From Schizochytrium sp. TIO01 (taxonomy: Eukaryota > Protista > Bigyra: Labyrinthulomycetes), in the NCBI GenBank assembly GCA_004764695.1, contig SMSO01000031.1, positions 9,034,761 through 9,098,760 on the forward strand: a stretch of 64,000 nucleotides of DNA. Direction: 5' to 3'. Both the position numbers and the translations under genes were made by a program. Of the stretch, positions 36,824 through 46,326 are shown one piece after another (position 1 is the first letter of the stretch; each line of letters starts with the position of its first letter). The notes below the pieces were generated by a model that was given only the letters and a program-made list of their open reading frames with translations, searched no databases and was not told where the DNA came from.

Positions 36824-38927
36824 CGTGATACTTCAATTGTTGCAAACTCTATTTCAGCAGCTACAGTTAAATGCTCTGCCAAGATGCCACAGAAAAAAGT
36901 CGGACAAAATATCTTCAAGCTTCGTTCAAGACGTCAAAGAAACTATAAATGCGTGATCTCAGCCCAAGATCCTCACCTCTTTGGAAATTCCCAAAGTGAT
37001 TTCAGAATTCGATCCCCAGATTGGAATCTTATTCAAAGATAGACCGCAGGAAAACCTAAGGAGATAGATAGATATCAGGTAAGAGAAAAGAGATAGAGAC
37101 AGCTATTTCTGCGCTGTCGTTTCGCAGAAGAGCACCACCACCGCAGCTACCGCAGGCCTCTCTGGCGTGGGTGCACGAGGTGTTTTCGACGAGGCGATTA
37201 AGATATGCCCTTAGGCGTACGGGAGCCAGGCAAGGCTGGTCGCGGCGTCCTGAGCAGTCGGAGATGCGCCGTCGAGAGACCAGGCTGGCGAATGGGCCCG
37301 AAAACCGCTTTGGGCAGAGCCACAGAGTACCGCTCCGGACAAGAACGCACTTCAGATCCTCCACAAGGGCCTCCTCCTGCGTCTGCTGCAGATGGAGCCA
37401 AGCACAAGCCTTCACACGCCCGCGCAACCGCCGCTCCGGAGCGAGTCTTGCGACTTTGACGCTCGCTCCCCTTCGCTGCGAAGCGGTCCAAAAGCTTCAG
37501 GATACCCCCGTTCCTTGGATCAATTGAGGAACGTTCTAAATAATATAGTATAAGTTTCAATATCAGAAGAACTCATGCAGAACAGGGGCCGAGGGGCATG
37601 ATAGACAGAAAGTTAGAACAAATTAGAACGTTTGGAACGTGCTGGCAAGAAGGACGTTGCGCGAAAGAACACCTGGAACGCACATGCGCTGCAGTGTGAA
37701 TGAATGAAGAAGGTCACTTTACGATCGCGAAATGAAGAATTCTCGAGTTCAAGCTTCTCAGGTATTTGCCGTCGGGGATGTAGTTTGTGTGTACGTAGCT
37801 AGCCGCGTCGTGGGATAGAGCTGTGAGCTGGAGAAAGTGAACGAGTTAATCTTCTGTGCTGTGAAATACTTTCATTCGGTCTTGTTCTTTTACTATGTGT
37901 AATTCGTTACCTACCTGGGAGTACTTGAAGGCAAGAAGTAGCAGGTGGTAGTATACTTTTCCTTACGGGGCCCATTACATTACACTCTCACTAGTACTCA
38001 GAGGTAGCAAGTTGGGTAAAAGCGCAAGCACTCGTTGATTACATGATATACACTACCTAAGGCTAGGTGCTAAACACGTGCACAAAGGCAGTAGAAACTT
38101 CCGTGGGACGTGATTTCCATACTCGGACACAACTCGAAGCGACGCAAGTGTTGCGAGCGCTATTCTCAACTTTCTTGCTGGTGGGTATGTGCACATATGG
38201 AGCCCCAATGACTTGGAGTGATACCATGCGATATTGCTGTCCATCTTTGTTTTGCGATGGTGCCGATGAAAGTAATCGTGTTCGTCTATTTTACTTAGAG
38301 ATCGAGGTGAGGGAATTCAGGCGCAGAGCCGGTGCCGACCGAGATAATATCGGATTGGCCCAAGCTTAAATAGTGCATACGTACGAGCGGGGAGGTGAGC
38401 AAGTTCTTTGTCAATACACTGGAAGCAGGAGCGAAGAAGTTGCGTGGAATGCTATCTAGGTATCCGGGATCATGAAGCTTTTGTCAAAAGTGAAGATGTA
38501 AGTGTCATTCATCATGGTTAGTTACCTAAATCCGAGTTCGCATTGTATTAATCTAGCTGGCTTGGCACATGAGGCTTGCAAACCAAATCTTGCAAACCAA
38601 ATCAGGATGTCAGACCAGACCAGATCGTAGCTACCGAGGTACTAGTACTTCTTTTTCTTTTTGCCACGAAACTTGCAGTATCTTTGACTTAGATCGTCCT
38701 AAAAAGACGGCGGAGAAGAAAGTACTACGACTACACACAAACAGTCTTGCACTCATAAATTGAGTAGGTCCGCCTATTTATGGAGTCAACAGGTTACTAT
38801 TCGATCGAGCCACTGCGTCCTTGCATTCTTCTTGTATAAGTACTCTTAGCAGAAAATCTAGGTAGACGTCCTGGCGAGACTCTCTTCTACTTGGACCAGT
38901 CCTGCAGCTTGTTTTGTTATACTTGTC

Positions 38928-39470
38928 TCACTCATTGTCCCCTGCAAAGAGGATCTTTCCTTCATCATCGTGGTGACCTGTCTCCACACTCTCTTGTAGG
39001 CGCCCGATCCAGTTCCATTCTACTCTTTCATGCGGAAAGGATTGGATTTGCTTTAGTTCCTGCCTGAGAACGTAGTACTTCATCATGGCGACCACGGTGG
39101 GGTTTGATCTTTCCGCAGCTATCTCCACAGATGCTTTGTACGCGCGTTCACCAAACCACGATCGATGCAGGCAGCTAGCATTGGCAAGGCCACGATAAAA
39201 GAACACCTTGACGAGCAAAGCCGCGAGGAAGGCGCCCGCAATACATCTCTCGGCTGACAGCGAGCGGCCTCCTCCCATTCCTCCCATGCCTCCTCCCATG
39301 GCCTTCTCATCAAGTCTGGACTGGCCAACTGTTAACTTCCAAAGGTTGGTTAACTTCTGCGAGTTCAGGTCAGGTTCTTCGCCGAGCCAAGTTTGCTCTT
39401 GCGCTTTTCCCTGAGATGAACGCGCTGCTGCATCTTCCTCCAAGCCAGCCCAGAGCCCCAACTTTTGCAT
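38928..39470 (-). CDS. Possible small hypothetical protein or gene relic
   Basis: 180-aa ATG-initiated ORF with a protein-like C-terminal half. It faces away from the GC-rich island at 39500-40900, and a minus-strand donor-like GTAAGG lies at about 40201. No motif recognised. Confidence 0.3.
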   Translation of the reverse strand: MQKLGLWAGLEEDAAARSSQGKAQEQTWLGEEPDLNSQKLTNLWKLTVGQSRLDEKAMGGGMGGMGGGRSLSAERCIAGAFLAALLVKVFFYRGLANASCLHRSWFGERAYKASVEIAAERSNPTVVAMMKYYVLRQELKQIQSFPHERVEWNWIGRLQESVETGHHDDEGKILFAGDNE

Positions 39471-39499
39471 CTGCTGCCGCCCTCCTTCTCCTCCTCCAT

Positions 39500-40920
39500 C
39501 TCAGGTATCTCTCTCTCTCCCTTCGTCATCCTCCCACCCTACGCCCCAAACGAGAGCGGCACCCGAGGGTTGGAACTCCCAAGTGCACATCGATCTCAAG
39601 CTCGCAGCCGCCAACTGCCGGCGCTGCAGTCGAGCCTTCGCTTCCTTCGCTGGCGCCGCGGCGTGTACTTGGCCTCAGGCCAGGCAGGCAGGCAGGCAGC
39701 CAGGCAGCCAGGCTCCTCGCCGCAGTGCATGCATGCATCCACCAGTGCCAGAGCCTCCAAGCCCACGCAGGCAGCTCGACTTGACGCACCAACTCCGAAC
39801 CAGCCCGCGTCGAGGTTGGCGCAGGGTGCTGCTTTCCAAGCAAAGGGTGTGCGCCGAGCTGGCATAGGCGCCTGCCTACCTGGGCAGTAGGCAAGCCACA
39901 CACCAACAACCAGGAGAGCGAGGAGCAGCGTGGTCTCCGAGCAGATTCCGCATCCCGCCAAACCCGATACTGCGCCCAGGTCCAAGGGCTGGCGCGCCTT
40001 CAAGCACACGCGAGCCCGGGTTCCGCCAGGCTTGTCCTTCCCGTCCTCCTGCGCGTCTGCCGACGCCCACCCCCGCGATCCTCGAGGTCGCAGACCTCGC
40101 TCAGCGGGCAGAAGCAGGTACCCACAAAGGTCTTGTCCAGGCCTGACATAATACCAGCACCGGTGTCATAAAACGTGTATAAATACGCGTTTCCTACCTT
40201 ACCAGACACCGCGTGCGCCGCCTCGGGCCCCTAGCGGGCGGCTAGGCGAAACGCCACGAGGGCTTTTCCCTGCGTCCGGGCCCGGCCAACCGATTTGTAG
40301 CCGCCAGGCTCTCAGAGGGGACCGCACTCCTCGCCAAGTCGCAGCGAGAGGGCCCTTCTCCTCAGGCCCCGGCGGCTTCTGCGTTCTGCGGCGCGCTTGC
40401 TTTCTTTCCCCGGCTCGAGCGGACGAAGGAAGCTTAGGTCTGTCTGTCTGCCTGTCTGCGGCAGCCTCCTGGCAGAGAACAGGGCGGCGGCGGCGGAGAG
40501 AACGGAACGCAGAGAACGAGGCCGAGCGCACCGCCCGTAAGGGACCCGGAGAGAGGGAGGGTGGGCGAACCCAGGGAGTACACCGGGTCGCGTAACCGAG
40601 GGACACGGCGCCCTCTGGCTCAAGCTCAGGTAGTGGTGCAGATAGGCGAAAGGGTAGGAGGTGTTCCAAGAGGGTGTTCTTTTCGATTCCTGAGTCGGCG
40701 AGTGTGTTTTGAAATTGGAGGAAGAAGAAAGAAAGCTCAAATTCAATCCGAATTTGAAAAATTCGAAGTCTGCGACATTGATTCATTCCCACATCGTCGA
40801 TCGATCGGCTGGGCTGGAGGCGCGGCTGGGGTGCGGCGAGGCGGTCGGTGCACAGGCAGGACGCACTGGCTGGAAGGCAGCGCGGGGGAGGCGGAGAAGC
40901 CCGAGCGCGAGTTCCTCTCT
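39500..40920. promoter_or_regulatory. GC/CpG-rich island, probable (bidirectional) promoter or leader region
   Basis: Markedly GC- and CpG-rich compared with flanking intergenic DNA. It holds only overlapping low-complexity ORFs. Confidence 0.5.
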
Positions 40921-41022
40921 TTGGATTCGTTTCCTTCAATTTCTTTCCATCATCATCGTCACCAATTTCCTCCGTCTGATTCCTTTCCTTCTCTCAGCTC
41001 TGTTTCCTTTGGCTTCCGTCTG

Positions 41023-41073
41023 TTCATTCATTCGTTCGTTCGTTCGTTCGTTCGTTCGTTCATTCACTCACTC
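41023..41073 (+). repeat. (TTCA/TTCG)n tract with Inr-like TCATTC copies; candidate transcription start region for the 14-3-3-like gene
   Basis: The repeat is seen directly. TCATTC resembles the oomycete initiator consensus YCAYTYY. Confidence 0.55.
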
Positions 41074-41503
41074 CGAGTCATCTTCGCTCAGTCAGTCCAC
41101 TCGCTCCACGCCACCGCTTTCCTGGGCGGCTCTGCCTGCACCAGACGCCCTCAGGCCGCCTGCGAAGCTGGAGAAGAGAAGCGCTGCGCTGCGCTGCCAT
41201 CGATCGTTGTCGTGGATTGAGACCGTCGTCGATCTTATTGATTAGGTCGATCGATCGATCAAAGACGGTGTTCTTCGACAGAGGGAAGGAACAAGCGAGC
41301 TTGCTTACTACAGGCGCAGGGAACTTGCAAGTGAAGAATCGGAATTCTCTATTGAAGGCCGTCTTCGTACTGTAGAGCAAACTGAGCAGCTGATAGTGGA
41401 AGCTGGATTGCTCTATTGATATTGACTGGGGGGCGCTTGCAGTCGATAGCAGTTGCTATTTATTTCGTTTGCAACTTTCAAGTTCTCCTCCTTCTCGTTG
41501 GTT

Positions 41504-41572
41504 GTTTGTTTGTTTGTTTGTTTGTTTGTTTGTTTGTTTGTTTGTTTGTTTGTTTGTTTGTTTTGTTTGTTT
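41504..41572. repeat. (GTTT)n microsatellite, about 15 perfect units
   Basis: Seen directly. Confidence 0.95.
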
Positions 41573-41889
41573 CTCTTCTTTTCTCTCATTCATTGCTGAG
41601 GACTCGGAAAGTGGTGTTGGTTAAAACAAAAAATAACACTATTCTGATTTTGAGGATTGTAAGAAGGAAGGAGAGGGAGAAGAAGAGAGGGTGAAATAAC
41701 TCAGTTCGCCTGCGAGCTAACCTCGATCTCGCACCACTTCCTGCTCCCGTGCGGCGCCGTTCTCTGCGCCTCGCTCGCGCAGACGCCCCGCGGCGGGCTG
41801 CCAGCGGCAGGCGCGAGACCTGCGCTGGCCGAGGAGTACGCCGTACTCCCCTCAGCGGCAGTCAGGCAGGCCAGCCAGCGAGTCTTTGA

Positions 41890-41895
41890 CTCTCA

Positions 41896-41939
<44 letters not shown>
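41890..41939. repeat. Compound (CT)n(AT)n microsatellite
   Basis: Seen directly. Confidence 0.95.
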
Positions 41940-42197
41940 TGACTACATAGACGCCTTCTGCATAGCGCGTAGTGGTTGCCAGTTGAATTCATCGGACACC
42001 GACCGCAGTTTGGCGATTGGAGACGCAAAAAAATCAACTTCCTCAGGGACTCGCAGGAGAACTTTTTACGCTGCAGGAGGAATTGACAGATCTTGAGTGG
42101 GAAGAGACAGCACTTTGCTATATTATCGAAGAAAAGGCTGATTCTTGCGTGAAGACTCGGAATTCGACCCTGATTTAAGAGCCTCTCTTGCATTTGC

Positions 42198-42317
42198 ATG
42201 GGCTTGATTTCTCATATACCTGCTTTGAGACCCAATTTATTCTTAAGAACCTCGGTGACGCCTTGGAATCTCTTTGTTGGACTTGAGACAACCCTGAATT
42301 TGCTGTTGAAGGAGTGA
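42198..42317 (+). promoter_or_regulatory. Candidate 39-aa upstream ORF (MGLISHIPALRPNLFLRTSVTPWNLFVGLETTLNLLLKE)
   Basis: This is the only plus-strand ATG between 39736 and the main ATG at 42355. Its context is weak (tgcATGg), and it stops 37 nt before the strong gccATGg start. Confidence 0.45.
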
Positions 42318-42354
42318 GACACACAAGGTGCTAAAATTTTGGGGAAACGGCGCC

Positions 42355-43761
42355 ATGGACGACGAATCAGGCTTTTTTGGAGGGATGGACATGGACCATA
42401 GCGGTCACGGAGTCCTTGGAGGCGATGCCATAGTAAGGGATACTGACATTGCCTCAGCCTCAGGAGCCTTTGAGATGGATGAAGACCCCACATGCGTACC
42501 GGAAAGTATTCCCTACGGTGCGTACAAAGGCACAGGACCTGCGACTTCCATGTCATATCTATCTACTGCACGAAGTTGCGGGATCTTCACTCCAGATGAA
42601 GACGGTGCAGTTCCAGACCTTGTTGCACAATCACGTTTGCATGAGGATATCCCAACTAATGGTGGTTTACTTGCTAGCAGCAGCAGCAGCCTTGCAAGCT
42701 CACACACCACTTCCCTACCCGTCCCACCAGGAGGATTTGTAACGCCTGTTAGCACTCGTGAGCTCGCTTTTACTGAAGATACTGTGGATGATATCCTTGG
42801 TATGGACGATCGTGGACTAGAATCCGCTGTGACAACAAGTCTCGTGCCAAATCTTGACTCGGCCAGTGTGAGTGAGCTCCGCATTCTCGCACAAGTAACG
42901 GAAAAGGCCGAACTCTATGAAGATATGCGTGTGGTGGTGCGACGCATGGTTCAAGTTTCCGGCAGCCTCGGTGAAGAGGAACGCCACTTGCTTGCCACTG
43001 CATACAAGAACGTTATTGGAGTCCGGAGGGCCACATGGCGTGCGCTCTGGGAAAAAAGCCAACAGGAGAAACGCCAAGAGGAAGCTGAGCGCGCCTTGGC
43101 AACTGCAGCTGAGGCTCGCGCACAGCGGGAGCTAAAGGATGACCCAGATGATCCCTATGGAGATCTTGACAAAATCGAGGTCCCTCCTTTTGTATCTGAG
43201 AGTCTAAACAGTCTTAATGGTATTGACATTGAAGACGCAGGCTCGGCGTGCCCTTTAGAGGATCATGGGGACCGCACTTCGCCATTAGCCATGGCATCTG
43301 CAATTGTTCGTGAAGAGCTGGAAGAAATCTGCCTTGAAATGATCGATATGGTACATGATTCTCTCTTGCCACGTGCCGAAAAGGATCATGCCGGCGCTGA
43401 TGTCATCATTTTTTACCAAAAGCTTATCGCAGACTATTACCGATACTTGGCAGAACATATGCGCGAGCGGGACCGTAAGGATTATGTCGCGAGCGCTGAC
43501 CACTATTATTCGGAGGCTCTTGATCTTGCCGATAAACACTTGCCGCCAGCCCATCCGCTCCTCCTTGGGCTAGTACTTAATGTGTCTGTCTTTTATTTTG
43601 AAGTGCTCAATACACCAGACAAGGCGTGCCAGCTTGCCAAGGAGAAGCACGATGCTGCGGCGCGGTATTTAGAGTCTACTCCGGATGCTGATAGAGATGC
43701 GTCGGTATTACTTGATCTTTTACGTGAGAATCTGACCGTTTGGACATTGTCCGAAACATAG
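42355..43761 (+). CDS. Atypical 14-3-3 protein with an N-terminal extension of about 170 aa and an insertion of about 60 aa between helices 3 and 4
   Basis: EERHLLATAYKNVIGVRRATWR, FYQKLIADYYRYLAE, LPPAHPLLLGLVLNVSVFYFEVLN and LLRENLTVWT match 14-3-3 signatures. Confidence 0.93.
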   Translation: MDDESGFFGGMDMDHSGHGVLGGDAIVRDTDIASASGAFEMDEDPTCVPESIPYGAYKGTGPATSMSYLSTARSCGIFTPDEDGAVPDLVAQSRLHEDIPTNGGLLASSSSSLASSHTTSLPVPPGGFVTPVSTRELAFTEDTVDDILGMDDRGLESAVTTSLVPNLDSASVSELRILAQVTEKAELYEDMRVVVRRMVQVSGSLGEEERHLLATAYKNVIGVRRATWRALWEKSQQEKRQEEAERALATAAEARAQRELKDDPDDPYGDLDKIEVPPFVSESLNSLNGIDIEDAGSACPLEDHGDRTSPLAMASAIVREELEEICLEMIDMVHDSLLPRAEKDHAGADVIIFYQKLIADYYRYLAEHMRERDRKDYVASADHYYSEALDLADKHLPPAHPLLLGLVLNVSVFYFEVLNTPDKACQLAKEKHDAAARYLESTPDADRDASVLLDLLRENLTVWTLSET

Positions 43762-44238
43762 TATTCTCGCACATCGCTCCACAAGATTTTGCTACACTCT
43801 CTGCCTCCATTCTTCGTTTCTGAGTTTTCAACCCCATTCGTATTTCTTTTTATAGCCGTCACCAACCTCTCTAATTCTTCGCTGCTACTTTTTATATACT
43901 TATATAATAAAAACTTCAAAGCTTCTGTAGTCTGCTGTTTTCAGAAAGAACATTAGAGGCAAAGCAACTATTTATTGCTTCTGTGATAGCGAGTTCTGAA
44001 AAGATTCAAGCACTCCTGGAAATAATAGGTCTGTGTTGGATATCAGAATCACTGTTTCTTTTTTCTTTCTTTTTTGTTAAAGGTAGTATTTTTTAAGCTG
44101 ACTTAGGTGCTTTCAAGTTAAACTCAACAACATATATTTCGAAAGAATAAAATGAATTTAAGATTAAAGTGATATACAATAGAACTACAAATTCAATCTA
44201 GGGTCGAGGATAACTTTGTTAACTCTACTCACCTATGC

Positions 44239-46326
44239 TCATGTGTCTCCCCCCCTTGCGGCCTCTGATGGGCCATGTTTTGCTTGCACGGTATAAGTCG
44301 GACTTTCGTCCACATCCATTTCGGAGTTTGAAGCTTCTTGTACAGCGGCCACAGAATTGTCTGCACTTACAGGGATCTTCCCGAGATTTATTTTCTCAGG
44401 CACTTGCTCGTCATTCTCAGTTGGATCGGAGCCATCGCAAGTTGCAACTGCATATGTTTTGCAAGCAACAGACTCTTTACCATTCGGAGACGGAGGAGCG
44501 CCCATAGCTCGAAGACGCATCTCACGAAGAGTCCGTACATACTCGTTAGGAAGATGAATAGCAAACATGCTCTCGGTGAGCTCGATGGCATCAAGAATGT
44601 TTACAGGGTCGATTTCTACAAGGGGTTCCTTTCCAAACTCGTCAGAGTCGAGCATATATACTCTGCCAGCACTGTAAAGTTTGTCTTCTGGCTTGGACCG
44701 TTCAAGGCTTGCATAGATTTGCGACTTTTCTTCTTTAGAGACTGAACTTGCCGGTGCCATAGCAATCATGGCGCGTTGAAGGTCCTGAAAGCTTCTCAAA
44801 CTTAGGCGAGACACAATATCATCACCAACGATAATTGAAGTTATATGCTTCCGCGTGAACGGAGCTTGGGCAATTTCATGACTGACACTACATGGAGAGC
44901 CATAAGCAAATGCACGGATGTTTCGATCTCGAAAAATAGGCATGCGGGCCCAGAGAAGAGTTAGCAGTGTAGCAACACCTGCACCAAGGCTATGGCCTGT
45001 GACAACAAGCTCATAACCTGGATTACTTCGCAAGAGCTCCACCACTGGCTCATGCAGATCATTTGCCAGACGCTGCGCAGATCTCATAAATCCTTGGTGC
45101 GCACGGCCTTCAATGACCTTTTCATTGTCGTACATAGACACGAGCTCTTCTTGCTCACACACGAGGTCAACAAGAACGTCATGGGGGCGCATGGTTCCGC
45201 GTATACTAATGATCACCTTGCGCGAAATGTGGCTAACGGCAACAAAGTGGCCAGGACGATACATTTCACTACCTTGGTGTAGAATGATGATATCATCTTC
45301 CGGAATACCGGTTACACCTCGAATAGCCGCTTTGTCTCCCTTCATAGACCAGCGGCTAGTACCTGGTCCTGCAATCCCGAGAAAGTGCAATGCATGGTGA
45401 CCATAAGCAGCCGCGGCAAACTGCGAATAGCGAAACCATTCATCTACAACCTCAAGATCAGGCACCTGGGTAGCGCTCTTGCTTTCTGGCGAATCGCGCC
45501 ACTTCTCGAGGCGCTCCATGCGGCGTTCACGTTGCACCTCTGAAAGGGCACGTGCACCAGCCATAAGCTTGAAGGGGTTCTTCACCGTGAGTTCTCCTGA
45601 TAGCTGACCAAGCAGTGTTGCAAGACCGAGAAGAGCATCTTTGGTATGGAAGGAGTCATCGACGCCACGGAGGCCATTGACATATTCACGTAAGGACTTA
45701 ACGGTTTGGCCACGCTCTGCACCGGAGAGCTCGAGTGCCCCGTCAGAAGCACCAAGCGAGGCTCTCGTGATATCGTTGGAGAAGTCAAGACTTGCACGGG
45801 TTATACCGTGGGCGAAATCAAGAACGCTCGTCAAGGCATTTTGAGGGCCTTCAGTAGCAGGTACGCCCAACCATCTGGCAGCCTCAAACGGAGCACTAGC
45901 TGCAGTTTTACCAAACCAAAATCCCAGATCCGTGCCTGATCGTGCAAAGTTAAAACCAGTATCTACGGCAGGCACTGCAGCACTAAGACCATCGCGAAGG
46001 TATCCCAAGCCTGTTTTGTAGTCCTCGGTAGTCCATGCAGCATTTGCGTCTTCATTGGGGTCCTCTGTATCTCCCTTATCGTTCATCTTGGCTTCGGCGC
46101 CACTCTCAGTAGCATCAAGACCAGTTTTGCCATCAGATTCATCCTCCACAGAGGAACCCACCACAAGTGCTTCAGGGGCTGTTTGTGAAGTGTCTAATCC
46201 AGATGCATCCGCACGATCAGAAGTATAATCTGCACGACGATCTTGGGTTTGCGCAGAATGGGTATCAGATGAGCTCGAAGGTAAACTGTCGGGCATGCTG
46301 TTTAAGCTTTCAAGATCACGGCCCAT
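44239..46326 (-). CDS. Class 3 lipase (DAGL/mono-diacylglycerol-lipase-like alpha/beta hydrolase)
   Basis: AAAAYG, VIISIRGT, AHQGF, nucleophile elbow VVTGHSLGAG, AYGSP, DDIVSRL and a C-terminal HLP. The first ATG is at 46326; the ORF is open to 46536. Confidence 0.92.
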   Translation of the reverse strand: MGRDLESLNSMPDSLPSSSSDTHSAQTQDRRADYTSDRADASGLDTSQTAPEALVVGSSVEDESDGKTGLDATESGAEAKMNDKGDTEDPNEDANAAWTTEDYKTGLGYLRDGLSAAVPAVDTGFNFARSGTDLGFWFGKTAASAPFEAARWLGVPATEGPQNALTSVLDFAHGITRASLDFSNDITRASLGASDGALELSGAERGQTVKSLREYVNGLRGVDDSFHTKDALLGLATLLGQLSGELTVKNPFKLMAGARALSEVQRERRMERLEKWRDSPESKSATQVPDLEVVDEWFRYSQFAAAAYGHHALHFLGIAGPGTSRWSMKGDKAAIRGVTGIPEDDIIILHQGSEMYRPGHFVAVSHISRKVIISIRGTMRPHDVLVDLVCEQEELVSMYDNEKVIEGRAHQGFMRSAQRLANDLHEPVVELLRSNPGYELVVTGHSLGAGVATLLTLLWARMPIFRDRNIRAFAYGSPCSVSHEIAQAPFTRKHITSIIVGDDIVSRLSLRSFQDLQRAMIAMAPASSVSKEEKSQIYASLERSKPEDKLYSAGRVYMLDSDEFGKEPLVEIDPVNILDAIELTESMFAIHLPNEYVRTLREMRLRAMGAPPSPNGKESVACKTYAVATCDGSDPTENDEQVPEKINLGKIPVSADNSVAAVQEASNSEMDVDESPTYTVQAKHGPSEAARGGDT

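Noticed and set aside
39416-41245. Many overlapping 100-250 aa ORFs on both strands
   Set aside because: They are GC-rich and stop-poor, mostly start at non-ATG codons, have low-complexity R/A/P/G composition and show no domain.
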